Both the position numbers and the translations under genes were made by a program. The notes beneath the pieces were generated by a model. That model saw only the letters and a list, made by a program, of their open reading frames with translations. It did no database searches and was not told the origin of the DNA. Shown here piece by piece: positions 9,111 through 18,591 of a stretch of 64,000 bases of DNA (position 1 is its first letter; each line of letters starts with the position of its first letter). Source of the DNA: a virus; the IMG/VR virus record IMGVR_UViG_3300006737_000017, positions 32,001 through 96,000 of that record, one strand, 5' to 3'.

Positions 9111-10937
9111 ATGGAAGAAGCAAAAAATGAATACAAAATAACCTTTGGTCCTTACGAAATTGAATTGGTTAAGTCTCAGGTTTATTTTAGAAAAAACGGT
9201 AGCTTGATGAAAGCTATGCCTGTAAAAAGTACTTTCGGTTTATATGATCTAAAGAAACTAGCAAACAAAATAGCTAAGTCGGTTAATATGACAAGCAAAT
9301 TACCAAAAGACGTATTAAATGCAGATCACGTTCCAGGACATGAAGGCTTATACGAAGCTTATTATGTTTGGTCTGGTACTTATGGTCAAGATAAACCAAA
9401 AAAGATGAAAGATCTAGTAAAAGTAAAAGATCTTGATGCATCAATAAAACAATCCAGAAAACATAAAGCAAAGCATGGTAATGCAAGAGCTATGTTAGAT
9501 AGAGAATTTGAAAAGCAATTTCCAAAAGCTTTCAAATCTTTAGATGAAAAAAGAATAAAGCTTATGGGTAGCGAGGATGAGATGTCACCAGGAGAAAAAG
9601 CTTTCGACACAGAATCTGTAAAAGAATCTACAGCACAATGGGAAAAAACGATAAAAGCTTTAGCTCATGCAGATGCATTAAAGAAATTAAAGAAAGGCGA
9701 CAAAGAAAAATTATTAAAGATTGCTCAACTGCTAAAGAAAGAAAAAGGTTTGAAAGAAAAAGTTACTGGGTATGAAGACCCTGGTACTGAAATATACCCT
9801 GTCAAAATAATTAATACAGAAGATTACGTAAAATCTGGTCACATGTACAAATCTTTAACATATAAAGTAAAAGATTCAAAAGCTGTAATGGCAGCATATA
9901 AAAAATTCAAAGCTGGAAATAGAACTATCAATATGGTTGTAAAAGATTCAGGTGATACAGTAACTATATCTGGTCACCCAACTAAAGGTATGTGGATAGC
10001 ACCAAGTATTGCTGATCAATTAGATGCTGCAATTCAAAAAACTGGAAAGGCAAAATTAGTTAAGTCTGACAGCAAGAAATTAAGCGAAGGTAAATTAAGA
10101 AATCAAAGAGGTTCAATTTTTGATAAAAATTTTAGAGATACTTGGACAAAAATGGCCGAAACTATTATTGATAATTGTCAGATATTGACTTCTGCAGAGG
10201 GTTTATCTAGGTCAACTATTAAGCTTAAACAAAGAGCTGAAGACCAATGTAAATCGGTCCGATACCTCCCAGAAACTTTAGCAGACGCTATAAGAAAAGA
10301 TGTTAAAGGTGATTTATCACAAGTAACGGAAGACAAAAAATTAGGAGAAGAAAAAATGAATGAATCAGAAATTAAATTTAGAAAAATGATTAGAGAAATG
10401 GCTGAACCAATGCTAAAAGCTTCTATGAATGAAATATCAGTTAAAGCGGGACTTACCGATGTAATAAAAGGAAGAACTACTTCTATTGAAGGTATTAAAT
10501 TTTCAAAAGAACTAGCAGACAATTTAATGTACTGGATACAAACTTCTCCTTATGGTAGAAAATATGGTAAGCATATATTAAAAGGTAGAATAGCTTCTTT
10601 AATTGGACCAGCAAATGTAATGGGTTTTGGAAATAGATTAAGCGGTAAATTAAAAAAAGAATGGAAAGCTATAATTAACAAGTTCAACGTTAAAAAAGAA
10701 GATGTTGTAGAGCAATTAAAAGAAATGCAATTAACTGAAATGTCTGATTCTCAAATGTTAAAAATGGCAATGAAAGGCGCTAAAGCAGCAAGAGTAGGTT
10801 CTGCAGCTACAAAAGCTTACATAGACTCATTAAAAAATTCTTGGAGATTAGATCCAAAAGGCAAAAAAGATTATAAAGACTTTTCAATCGATGATTGGGA
10901 AGAAGATGTATTATATTATATTCAAAACAAGGGATAA
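9111..10937 (+). CDS. Putative internal head polyprotein with many protease-type (L/V/M)-x-E sites
   Basis: Lys-rich modules separated by SLDE, SVKE, GLKE, KLSE, QVTE, KMNE, SMNE, QLTE. Confidence 0.5.
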   Translation: MEEAKNEYKITFGPYEIELVKSQVYFRKNGSLMKAMPVKSTFGLYDLKKLANKIAKSVNMTSKLPKDVLNADHVPGHEGLYEAYYVWSGTYGQDKPKKMKDLVKVKDLDASIKQSRKHKAKHGNARAMLDREFEKQFPKAFKSLDEKRIKLMGSEDEMSPGEKAFDTESVKESTAQWEKTIKALAHADALKKLKKGDKEKLLKIAQLLKKEKGLKEKVTGYEDPGTEIYPVKIINTEDYVKSGHMYKSLTYKVKDSKAVMAAYKKFKAGNRTINMVVKDSGDTVTISGHPTKGMWIAPSIADQLDAAIQKTGKAKLVKSDSKKLSEGKLRNQRGSIFDKNFRDTWTKMAETIIDNCQILTSAEGLSRSTIKLKQRAEDQCKSVRYLPETLADAIRKDVKGDLSQVTEDKKLGEEKMNESEIKFRKMIREMAEPMLKASMNEISVKAGLTDVIKGRTTSIEGIKFSKELADNLMYWIQTSPYGRKYGKHILKGRIASLIGPANVMGFGNRLSGKLKKEWKAIINKFNVKKEDVVEQLKEMQLTEMSDSQMLKMAMKGAKAARVGSAATKAYIDSLKNSWRLDPKGKKDYKDFSIDDWEEDVLYYIQNKG

Positions 10938-10940
10938 AAA

Positions 10941-11246
10941 ATGGCAAAGAAAAAAATAAAAAAGACAGCTAATAAAGTTGTCAAAAAAGTTTTAGATAAA
11001 ACTGAATTGGATGAGAAAATCATTGCTCATGTAAATGAAAATAGAAGCTTATACAATTTAATACTATGTTATGTTAAATGCTATGGTGGTTATTTATTAG
11101 CAGTTGGTGCAGGTTGCACTTTTGGAGCTAATATTTGGGTTGGACTAGGTTTACTAGCTTCAGCAGCTGGATGGGCTTATTGGCAAGTATGTAAATGTAA
11201 AGCTTGTAAAGCGAATATGCCTGGTGGCACTTGTTGCAATGGATAA
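10941..11246 (+). CDS. Small membrane protein with Cys-rich C-terminus
   Basis: Two hydrophobic segments, CKCKAC..CC. Confidence 0.6.
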   Translation: MAKKKIKKTANKVVKKVLDKTELDEKIIAHVNENRSLYNLILCYVKCYGGYLLAVGAGCTFGANIWVGLGLLASAAGWAYWQVCKCKACKANMPGGTCCNG

Positions 11247-11628
11247 GTATATTTACAGAGGAAAGTTAGAGAGAGTAGTTGATGGAGATACTATTGATGC
11301 TCTCATTGATGTAGGTTTTGACATTTGGCTTAAGAAAAGAGTTAGGTATTCAGAAATAGATACCTGGGAAAGCCGAACAAGAAATCTAGAAGAAAAGAAA
11401 TTAGGATTAGCTGCAAAAGCTAGAAATAAAGAATTACTAATGGAAGTAAGTTCAAAGCCAGGTTTCTTTAGAATTAAATCTCATGGTCTTGGGAAATATG
11501 GAAGACTCCTTGGAGAAATTTATATACAAGACAAAGATGGTAAAGAAATTTGTATTAATAAGCAATTAATAACTGAAGGACATGCTTATACATACGACGG
11601 AGGAAAGAAAAAAATCTTTTCTTCATAA
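11239..11628 (+). CDS. Staphylococcal nuclease (SNase)-like protein
   Basis: RVVDGDTID, RVR..IDTWE, KYGRLLG, N..LITEGHA. Confidence 0.85.
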   Translation: MDKYIYRGKLERVVDGDTIDALIDVGFDIWLKKRVRYSEIDTWESRTRNLEEKKLGLAAKARNKELLMEVSSKPGFFRIKSHGLGKYGRLLGEIYIQDKDGKEICINKQLITEGHAYTYDGGKKKIFSS

Positions 11629-11644
11629 ATAAAGGGAAAATGTT

Positions 11645-11794
11645 ATGATAAATTGGATAAACGGTTTTGATGCCGGAAATAAAAAGGAAAAGTACTATCT
11701 AGAATTTAGATTAGGAACTTTTACAGTATTAGAATTAAAATGGGAATCTAAGAAGTTTAGATTTATGATATTTAACTTGGGATTTGAAATATGA
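11645..11794 (+). CDS. Small hypothetical protein (49 aa, beta-strand rich)
   Basis: MINWINGFDAG...FNLGFEI; stop overlaps the ATG of the next gene (ATGA). Confidence 0.55.
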   Translation: MINWINGFDAGNKKEKYYLEFRLGTFTVLELKWESKKFRFMIFNLGFEI

Positions 11795-14700
11795 GAAAAT
11801 TTTTATTTTTATTATTAGTATTACCAACGGTTATGTTTGCTCAAACTGACAGTTGGGTTCAATTTGCAGTACAATACGATTATTGGGGAAATCAAGAATC
11901 AGCATTTACTTTTGTATCTGATGCAAATGGTGATACAGTTTTATATCACCAACCAACGCAACCTTGGGAATATTTAGATACAATAGTTAATTGCAATTCA
12001 GGACCATACATAATTACATTAAATGATGATTTTGGTGATGGTTGGGGATCATATCAACAAGGACAGTTAATGTCACCATTTCCAGAATTCAAAATGCAAA
12101 ATGATTGTCAAGGAATGATATTCTATGCTGATTCAACTTCACTATTAGGTTTTTCAGTATTAGATACATTAGTTAATATCAATCCATGTGCACCACCTGT
12201 ATCAGGTTGCTTAGATACAAATGCATTAAATTTCAACCCACTTGCTACCATTGATGACGGATCTTGTACTTATCCACCATGCAGTGGTTTTCTTACGTCT
12301 ACAGCATCACAAACATGTTTACCGAATGGACAAACGCTAGCTCAATTCTTTTGGACTTTAGATGGAAATGTTAGTTGTGAACCAGTATTATTTTGGTATT
12401 CAAATGAAGATGGAGTTGGACCTTTTCAATATGGATTAGGTTATGGAGCAACTGATTTTGCAGTTTATGCTGGTAATGGTCAGATGCCACCTAATTGGTC
12501 AGTAGAACATTATGGATGGGTAGAATTTGCAGATGGTACATTATCAGATACTATTGCAATTACACCAACACCCTGTATAGGCGGATGTACTGATCCTGCT
12601 CAAATATCATATAATCCATGGGCAACATTCGATGATGGATCTTGTTCAGGAACAACTTGTGATACAAATACTCAATATCAAATATCTCTTTCTTTAACTT
12701 TAGATAATTGGCCAGGAGAAACAAGCTGGCAATTCGTTGATGGATTAGGTAATACAGTTGATTATCCAACTGGAACATACGATTTCAATGATATAGGTCA
12801 AACTTACACTTATTCATTCTGTGTAGATCAAAACGCTGCATTTGAATTAATATTAAATGACGACTTCGGTGATGGGATGGCAGGTTCTACATCAGGAGGT
12901 TCTATTGATGGAGCAGCAGTAATATATGATTGTTCTGGTGATACTATTTGGTATATGGATAATCCCGGTTTTGGAAATGTATTATATTCAGGACCTCAAA
13001 CAGCAACACCTTGTCCTACTATTCCAGTAATAGATGGATGCACAGATGATGACTATGTAGAATTTAATCCAGCAGCAAATGTTGATGATGGTTCATGCTT
13101 AACATTACATACTTACGGATGTACTGATTCTAATGCATTTAATTATGACGCATCTGCAACAATGATGGACCTTATTCCAGATTGTAATTATGAATTATGG
13201 ATAGGAGATGCTGGAGGTGATGGTTGGGGTAACTCATTCATTGGTATATATCAAAATGGCATTGATCTTGGAACATATACATTAGGACCGGGAAGTTATC
13301 AAAATACTTGGAATATTATATTAGACCCAGGAGTTCCAGTAGAAGTTAGATACTTTGAAGTTGGTGGACCACAACAACCACCACAAGAAGTACAATTTCA
13401 AACGTGGCACAATTCATTCAAGCTAACTAATGCAGATGGGTTTGTATTATTACATGAAGGACAGAATCCTTTTGCAAATAATGGACAGGGAGCACTTCAA
13501 TCTTTCGAATCTCCTTTCTGGACAAAATACGTAGGTATTCCATTCTGTGGTAACACTTGTATTCCAAAGATATTTGGTTGTACTGATTCAACATCATTTA
13601 ACTATGACCCATTAGCTAATACAGATGATGGAAATTGTATTCCAATTATCTATGGCTGTACAAACGATTTAGCTTTCAATTACGATTCACTAGCTAATAC
13701 AGATGATGGTTCATGTATAGGATATATTTACGGATGTACAGATACAATCGCTGACAATTATAATTCAGTTGCAAATACTGATGATGGCTCATGCTATTAT
13801 ATCGGTTGCACGGATAGCACAGCATTGAACTACGATCCAACAGCTACAGTTAATAATGGATGTGTCTATCCAATATATGGATGCACTGATCCAACAGCAT
13901 TTAATTATGACCCATTAGCTAATGTAAATGATTCAACATGTATACCAGTAATAATTGGATGTATGGATCCTACTATGTACAATTACGATGCAGCAGCTAA
14001 TACACCATCAGGTATTTGTATTCCGTTTATCTATGGTTGTACAGATTCTACAGCATTTAATTATGATCCACTTGCTAATACAGATAACGGTACATGTCAA
14101 GTAGTTGTATATGGATGTACTAACCCAATAGCATTAAATTATGATCCTCAAGCAAATACAGACGACTTATCTTGTATCCTTCCAATTTACGGATGTACTG
14201 ATTCAACCATGTTTAATTACAATCCTCTGGCAAATACTGATAATGGAACTTGTATCCCTTACATATATGGATGTACTAATGCTAATGCATTAAATTACGA
14301 TGCAACAGCAAATACAGATGATGGAACTTGTATATTACCAATATACGGTTGTACAGATTCTACAATGTGGAATTATAACCCTCTAGCAAATGTAGACAAT
14401 GGCAATTGCATTCCATTTATTTATGGTTGTAATGACCCAACAGCATTAAATTATGATCCATTAGCAAATACATCAGATAACAGCTGTTGTTATATATCTG
14501 GATGTACTGATCCAACAGCATTGAACTATGATCCTAACGCTTGTTTTGATGATAATTCTTGTATAGAAATAATAACAGGATGTACTGATGTATCAGCTTA
14601 CAATTACAATCCACTAGCAAATGTTTCAGATTCTACAGCTTGTTTATATGATGCAGGATGTTACGGAGGACCAGGAATACCATATTGGTTAAACGATGGA

Positions 14701-15039
14701 TGTTATGCTTGGGTAATAGATGTAGACGATTATTGCTGCACTACTGATTGGGATGCTTCATGTCAATCAATGTATGATTACTGTCAACAAGGCTGGCCAG
14801 TATCAGTAGAAGAATTATCTGGTTCAGGTACTATTATAGTTTATCCTAACCCTTCTGAAGATATATTTAATATAGATACAAGATTAGACATTGAAGTAGA
14901 GATTTACGATTTATCAGGAAGAACAATCTTAAAATCAAAGGAAAAAAGAATTTCACTAGCAGGATATCCTTCTGGATTATATAATATGGTAATTATACAC
15001 GATGGAAGAAGATTCCAACAGAGATTAGTAAAACAATAA
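11791..15039 (+). CDS. Secreted Cys-repeat protein with a T9SS type A C-terminal sorting domain
   Basis: Sec signal peptide; 18 GCTD-type repeats; C-terminal IVYPNP..IYDLSGR..SGLY..RLVKQ. Confidence 0.9.
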   Translation: MRKFLFLLLVLPTVMFAQTDSWVQFAVQYDYWGNQESAFTFVSDANGDTVLYHQPTQPWEYLDTIVNCNSGPYIITLNDDFGDGWGSYQQGQLMSPFPEFKMQNDCQGMIFYADSTSLLGFSVLDTLVNINPCAPPVSGCLDTNALNFNPLATIDDGSCTYPPCSGFLTSTASQTCLPNGQTLAQFFWTLDGNVSCEPVLFWYSNEDGVGPFQYGLGYGATDFAVYAGNGQMPPNWSVEHYGWVEFADGTLSDTIAITPTPCIGGCTDPAQISYNPWATFDDGSCSGTTCDTNTQYQISLSLTLDNWPGETSWQFVDGLGNTVDYPTGTYDFNDIGQTYTYSFCVDQNAAFELILNDDFGDGMAGSTSGGSIDGAAVIYDCSGDTIWYMDNPGFGNVLYSGPQTATPCPTIPVIDGCTDDDYVEFNPAANVDDGSCLTLHTYGCTDSNAFNYDASATMMDLIPDCNYELWIGDAGGDGWGNSFIGIYQNGIDLGTYTLGPGSYQNTWNIILDPGVPVEVRYFEVGGPQQPPQEVQFQTWHNSFKLTNADGFVLLHEGQNPFANNGQGALQSFESPFWTKYVGIPFCGNTCIPKIFGCTDSTSFNYDPLANTDDGNCIPIIYGCTNDLAFNYDSLANTDDGSCIGYIYGCTDTIADNYNSVANTDDGSCYYIGCTDSTALNYDPTATVNNGCVYPIYGCTDPTAFNYDPLANVNDSTCIPVIIGCMDPTMYNYDAAANTPSGICIPFIYGCTDSTAFNYDPLANTDNGTCQVVVYGCTNPIALNYDPQANTDDLSCILPIYGCTDSTMFNYNPLANTDNGTCIPYIYGCTNANALNYDATANTDDGTCILPIYGCTDSTMWNYNPLANVDNGNCIPFIYGCNDPTALNYDPLANTSDNSCCYISGCTDPTALNYDPNACFDDNSCIEIITGCTDVSAYNYNPLANVSDSTACLYDAGCYGGPGIPYWLNDGCYAWVIDVDDYCCTTDWDASCQSMYDYCQQGWPVSVEELSGSGTIIVYPNPSEDIFNIDTRLDIEVEIYDLSGRTILKSKEKRISLAGYPSGLYNMVIIHDGRRFQQRLVKQ
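13576..14646 (+). repeat. 14 tandem ~26-codon GC(T/M/N)(D/N)xxAxNY(D/N)PxAxxD(D/N)GxC coding repeats
   Basis: Counted directly in the translation; degenerate at the DNA level. Confidence 0.9.
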
Positions 15040-15058
15040 AAGATTAGGAAAGATTAAT

Positions 15059-16144
15059 ATGAAAAAGTTTTTGTATATATTAGCAACTATTTTAATTGCA
15101 TCTTGTGCAGTACCAAAAAAATGCTGTGCTCAAGACGATAGCAAATTCAAAAAAGAACTTAAAAAGATATTTAAGTTTTCTACATTCTATGGAGCTGTAA
15201 ATGGTGGTAACTCAGTTTCTGATGTAGATGTATTCTCTATTACAAATGGGCTAGAAACTCAAACAGTATCTACACCCTTTGACTATTCTATAGCATTTGG
15301 AGTAAGAAAAATTGCTAGATTGGGATATGAAAATAGAGCTAATACTTTTTACAATGGTACAGAAAACTCTTTTTCAGATGCTGCAACTATTGGTAAAATA
15401 AAAGGTTTTGAATTTTTATTTGAAGCAGACCTAGCAAGACAACAAGGTATTGAATTCCTAAATCAACAACACTTCTTAAGATATATTGCTGATAACTGGA
15501 TTGTAAAAGCAGAATATTTACAAGATGGTTTTGCAGATATCCAATACTTCGAAGCTTCAGAAAGATATAGACTAAAGGTTGGTAAAAAATTATCCTTTAA
15601 TATAGGAGCTGTACAAAGATTATCCGAACCTTATGGGTTTGATCCATTAGAAGAATGGTTATTATCAAATGGTAATCTACACTATACTGACCTAGCTTTA
15701 CAAGAAGGATATTCAGTTCAATTCGATGGACAGGGAGGAGTAACATACTATAATCCATCTGGCAATTTAGTAGCAGAAAATACGCAAATTTGGGAGGGTG
15801 TTGTAATACCTCAAGCTTTATCTGATTACGTAGAAAAAGAAAGAAATAAGTTAGAACAAAATTTACAGCATTCTGTTGTAATTGGTTTTGACTATTATCA
15901 TTATACAAAAGACTTTTGGTTACACTCTTGGGGAAATATAATGCCATATCATTATGACGATGGTGGAGAATTTTCATATCATAAATTCCACGGTGGACAA
16001 TGGATAGATTACTCAGGAGGATTAATATTTGGGTATTACATCATACCAAAGAAATTAGGATTATTCGTAGAAGGAAAATATAATAAATATTGGAATAGAA
16101 ACTGGCATGACTTTAGTTTCGGTTTCAATTATGTAATTAGATAA
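15059..16144 (+). CDS. Putative outer-membrane beta-barrel protein
   Basis: Signal peptide with lipobox-like LIASC; alternating aromatic strands; C-terminal FSFGFNY. Confidence 0.65.
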   Translation: MKKFLYILATILIASCAVPKKCCAQDDSKFKKELKKIFKFSTFYGAVNGGNSVSDVDVFSITNGLETQTVSTPFDYSIAFGVRKIARLGYENRANTFYNGTENSFSDAATIGKIKGFEFLFEADLARQQGIEFLNQQHFLRYIADNWIVKAEYLQDGFADIQYFEASERYRLKVGKKLSFNIGAVQRLSEPYGFDPLEEWLLSNGNLHYTDLALQEGYSVQFDGQGGVTYYNPSGNLVAENTQIWEGVVIPQALSDYVEKERNKLEQNLQHSVVIGFDYYHYTKDFWLHSWGNIMPYHYDDGGEFSYHKFHGGQWIDYSGGLIFGYYIIPKKLGLFVEGKYNKYWNRNWHDFSFGFNYVIR

Positions 16145-16155
16145 GGAAGAGAAAA

Positions 16156-16410
16156 ATGGCAAGACCCACTAATGAACATTTGTACAGTGAAATCAAACTT
16201 GTAAAACAAGATGTAGAATATCTTAAAGATGGACAGACTAAAATGCAAGAAGATTTAACAATGATAAAAAAACAATTATTGGGACCAGATGATGGTGCTA
16301 TTGCTAGAATAAATAAAAACACAGAGTATAGAAAAAAGACTCAAAAGGTTCTATGGTCTATTTGGGTAGCTCTGTTAGGTATTGTAGGTAAAATGATATT
16401 TTGGGATTAA
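16156..16410 (+). CDS. Coiled-coil protein with C-terminal TM helix
   Basis: Hydrophobic C-terminus. Confidence 0.6.
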   Translation: MARPTNEHLYSEIKLVKQDVEYLKDGQTKMQEDLTMIKKQLLGPDDGAIARINKNTEYRKKTQKVLWSIWVALLGIVGKMIFWD

Positions 16411-16413
16411 ACT

Positions 16414-16704
16414 ATGGCAAAAGAAATAAACGAAGACTCAGGTTTTAAGGTAAGTATAAAAACGTTAATAGCTATTGGTTTTGCAATGGCAACAATTATT
16501 GGTATGTGGTTTGCACTTCAAGCGGATATTCAGGAAGCAAAAGAACTTCCGGTTCCACCACCACCAGATGTCACCAGAATGGAATTTGACATGAAAGATA
16601 AAAATATACGTCTAACTATCGAAAATACTGCAGATGATGTAGAAGAACTGAAAGAGGATCTAGATAGAATCGAAGAAAAAATAGACAACTTACAAAGGAG
16701 ATAG
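16414..16704 (+). CDS. Membrane-anchored coiled-coil protein
   Basis: TM, then Pro stretch, then acidic coiled coil. Confidence 0.6.
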   Translation: MAKEINEDSGFKVSIKTLIAIGFAMATIIGMWFALQADIQEAKELPVPPPPDVTRMEFDMKDKNIRLTIENTADDVEELKEDLDRIEEKIDNLQRR

Positions 16705-16707
16705 GTT

Positions 16708-17055
16708 ATGAAATTATTTAAGTTATTATTACTATTGTTATTACCATTTATAGGATTAGGGCAAACACTAAAGGTAAATGGAGAATTAACAATAGTTCAC
16801 TTTAATGCAGGTTGGAATTCAGCAAATGATGTTGAATGGATTGGAGATTTAGAAAATTGTAAGATTAAAAGATGTGATATAGCAACTGATACTAAGGCTC
16901 AAAACAAATGGGAAATAGTAGTTGTACCTACAATAATAATATTCAATGAAGGTGAAGAGGTAAAAAGATATCAAGCTGATATTTCTTTTTCTATGAAAGC
17001 AACCTTAGAAGAGGTTCAGGAAAAAATTAATGAAATATATGGAGATGACTTCTAA
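16708..17055 (+). CDS. Secreted thioredoxin-fold protein without CxxC
   Basis: Signal peptide; VHFNAGWN at the WCxxC position; VVPTIIIF..GEEVKR. Confidence 0.7.
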   Translation: MKLFKLLLLLLLPFIGLGQTLKVNGELTIVHFNAGWNSANDVEWIGDLENCKIKRCDIATDTKAQNKWEIVVVPTIIIFNEGEEVKRYQADISFSMKATLEEVQEKINEIYGDDF

Positions 17056-17270
17056 TGTGGAAATTATTCAAAGATCAAAACGATATAAATGAAAAAGCAA
17101 TTGTGGGCTTTGCCTCTTTTGTTTTAATGGTGATATTCGCAATCTGCGATTTAATTACTGGTTGGTGCGGAATGGAACTAGTAATAAATGAAGTAATATA
17201 TAACTCCTTCGTTATTGTAACGCTAGGATCATTCGGCATAAGCTCAATAGAGAAAATAAAAGGAAAATAA
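17055..17270 (+). CDS. Putative holin
   Basis: 71 aa, two TMs, basic tail, directly upstream of a peptidoglycan hydrolase. Confidence 0.55.
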   Translation: MWKLFKDQNDINEKAIVGFASFVLMVIFAICDLITGWCGMELVINEVIYNSFVIVTLGSFGISSIEKIKGK

Positions 17271-17273
17271 TAA

Positions 17274-17876
17274 ATGTACACAAGAGAACAGGTAGAAGCT
17301 GCCGTAAAAGCTAAAGGGTATAAATGGTTTGAAAATGGTGATTTGAACGTAAACATCGTTGGTATTAGAAATATGGAAGCAGGAGAAAGAGTAACTAACA
17401 AATTCGATGATCACTTAACAATATCTTATAAGATAGATGGGGAATGGTGCTATGAAATATTTAATTGCACAACAGATCCTGGTGATGATTGGATGGATAA
17501 ACCTATGAATGATAAAGGCTGTGCTATTTTAGTACCAGGTCAATACAGAGGTTCACACAAATTAAGATTACACCAAGGAAGATACTTAGCTTTAGGACAA
17601 CAAAGATCTGTTAAAGTTTACAGAGATAGAGATAAAGATGGAAAATACGATTTTGATCCATCAACAATAGACGAAGGTTTATTTGGAATTAATATTCACA
17701 GAGCAACAAAGCATGCTGGTAAAACTTCTACTTATGTAGATAAATGGTCAGCTGGTTGTCAAGTAATTGCTAGTAATGATGATTGGCATTGTTTCTTAGA
17801 TATTTGTCAAGCTGCTAGAGATGCTTGGAATAATAATTTTACATACACTTTACTTGAATCTACTGATCTAGCTTGA
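17274..17876 (+). CDS. Putative endolysin, YkuD/L,D-peptidase-like
   Basis: GINIH...WSAGCQV His/Cys motif. Confidence 0.65.
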   Translation: MYTREQVEAAVKAKGYKWFENGDLNVNIVGIRNMEAGERVTNKFDDHLTISYKIDGEWCYEIFNCTTDPGDDWMDKPMNDKGCAILVPGQYRGSHKLRLHQGRYLALGQQRSVKVYRDRDKDGKYDFDPSTIDEGLFGINIHRATKHAGKTSTYVDKWSAGCQVIASNDDWHCFLDICQAARDAWNNNFTYTLLESTDLA

Positions 17877-17901
17877 TATTTATAACAAAGAGGAAATAAT
17901 C

Positions 17902-18273
17902 ATGACAAAATTTGACGATATGAAATGGAGAAGAGAAAACTACGAAGGTAAGTTTTTAGTTAAAGAAGGAATTGAATTTCAAGCCATTTTAGTAAAAGAT
18001 GCAATGGTAAAATTTAATGTAAAACCAACTGGAGGTTCAGTCGGTGCATTACAATTCGCTGGTCAAAGTTATGCTAAAGTTCCTAAAGGCACATTCCTTA
18101 TTGGTTTACCAGGAGGTTTATTTGCTGTTAATATAAAAAAGAAATTTGCAATGGCATTAACAACTGGTAGAAGAAATTGGTTAGATGCTCAAGACAAATT
18201 AAAAGACAGTGATGTCGGGGGAACAAATATGGCACCACAATTTTCACAATGGAGAGACTTACTAAAACGTTAG
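17902..18273 (+). CDS. Putative virion internal protein
   Basis: Follows GATATTTAT; N-terminal leader ending LVKE. Confidence 0.45.
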   Translation: MTKFDDMKWRRENYEGKFLVKEGIEFQAILVKDAMVKFNVKPTGGSVGALQFAGQSYAKVPKGTFLIGLPGGLFAVNIKKKFAMALTTGRRNWLDAQDKLKDSDVGGTNMAPQFSQWRDLLKR

Positions 18274-18282
18274 GAGAGAATA

Positions 18283-18591
18283 ATGAAATTAAAGAAAATA
18301 ATCAAAGAACACGCTTTAGGAGAGTTACCATCTTCTAAATTAAAGAAAATGAAATGGAATCCTGTTACTGATCCAAAACCAGTTAATGAAGAAACTGTTA
18401 ACGAGGGCGGGATGTCAAATATCAAAAGACCAAGAGATTTAAGTAGAATGGAAGGATTACATAATCTAAAGCACATGAAAGAAATGATTAAATATGCTTC
18501 TTTACTATATCAAGATATGGAAGAAGAAGGATTTGATGGCCCAGATATTTACGATTTCTTATTTTATAAAATCAATAAGACTAATCTCTAA
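18283..18591 (+). CDS. Putative virion internal protein
   Basis: MKLKKIIKE leader; internal PVNE and TVNE sites. Confidence 0.5.
   Translation: MKLKKIIKEHALGELPSSKLKKMKWNPVTDPKPVNEETVNEGGMSNIKRPRDLSRMEGLHNLKHMKEMIKYASLLYQDMEEEGFDGPDIYDFLFYKINKTNL

Noticed and set aside
13576-14646. Periodic ~78-nt repeats as a possible CRISPR array or DGR
   Set aside because: They are degenerate in-frame coding repeats, with no identical repeat/spacer structure and no reverse transcriptase in the window
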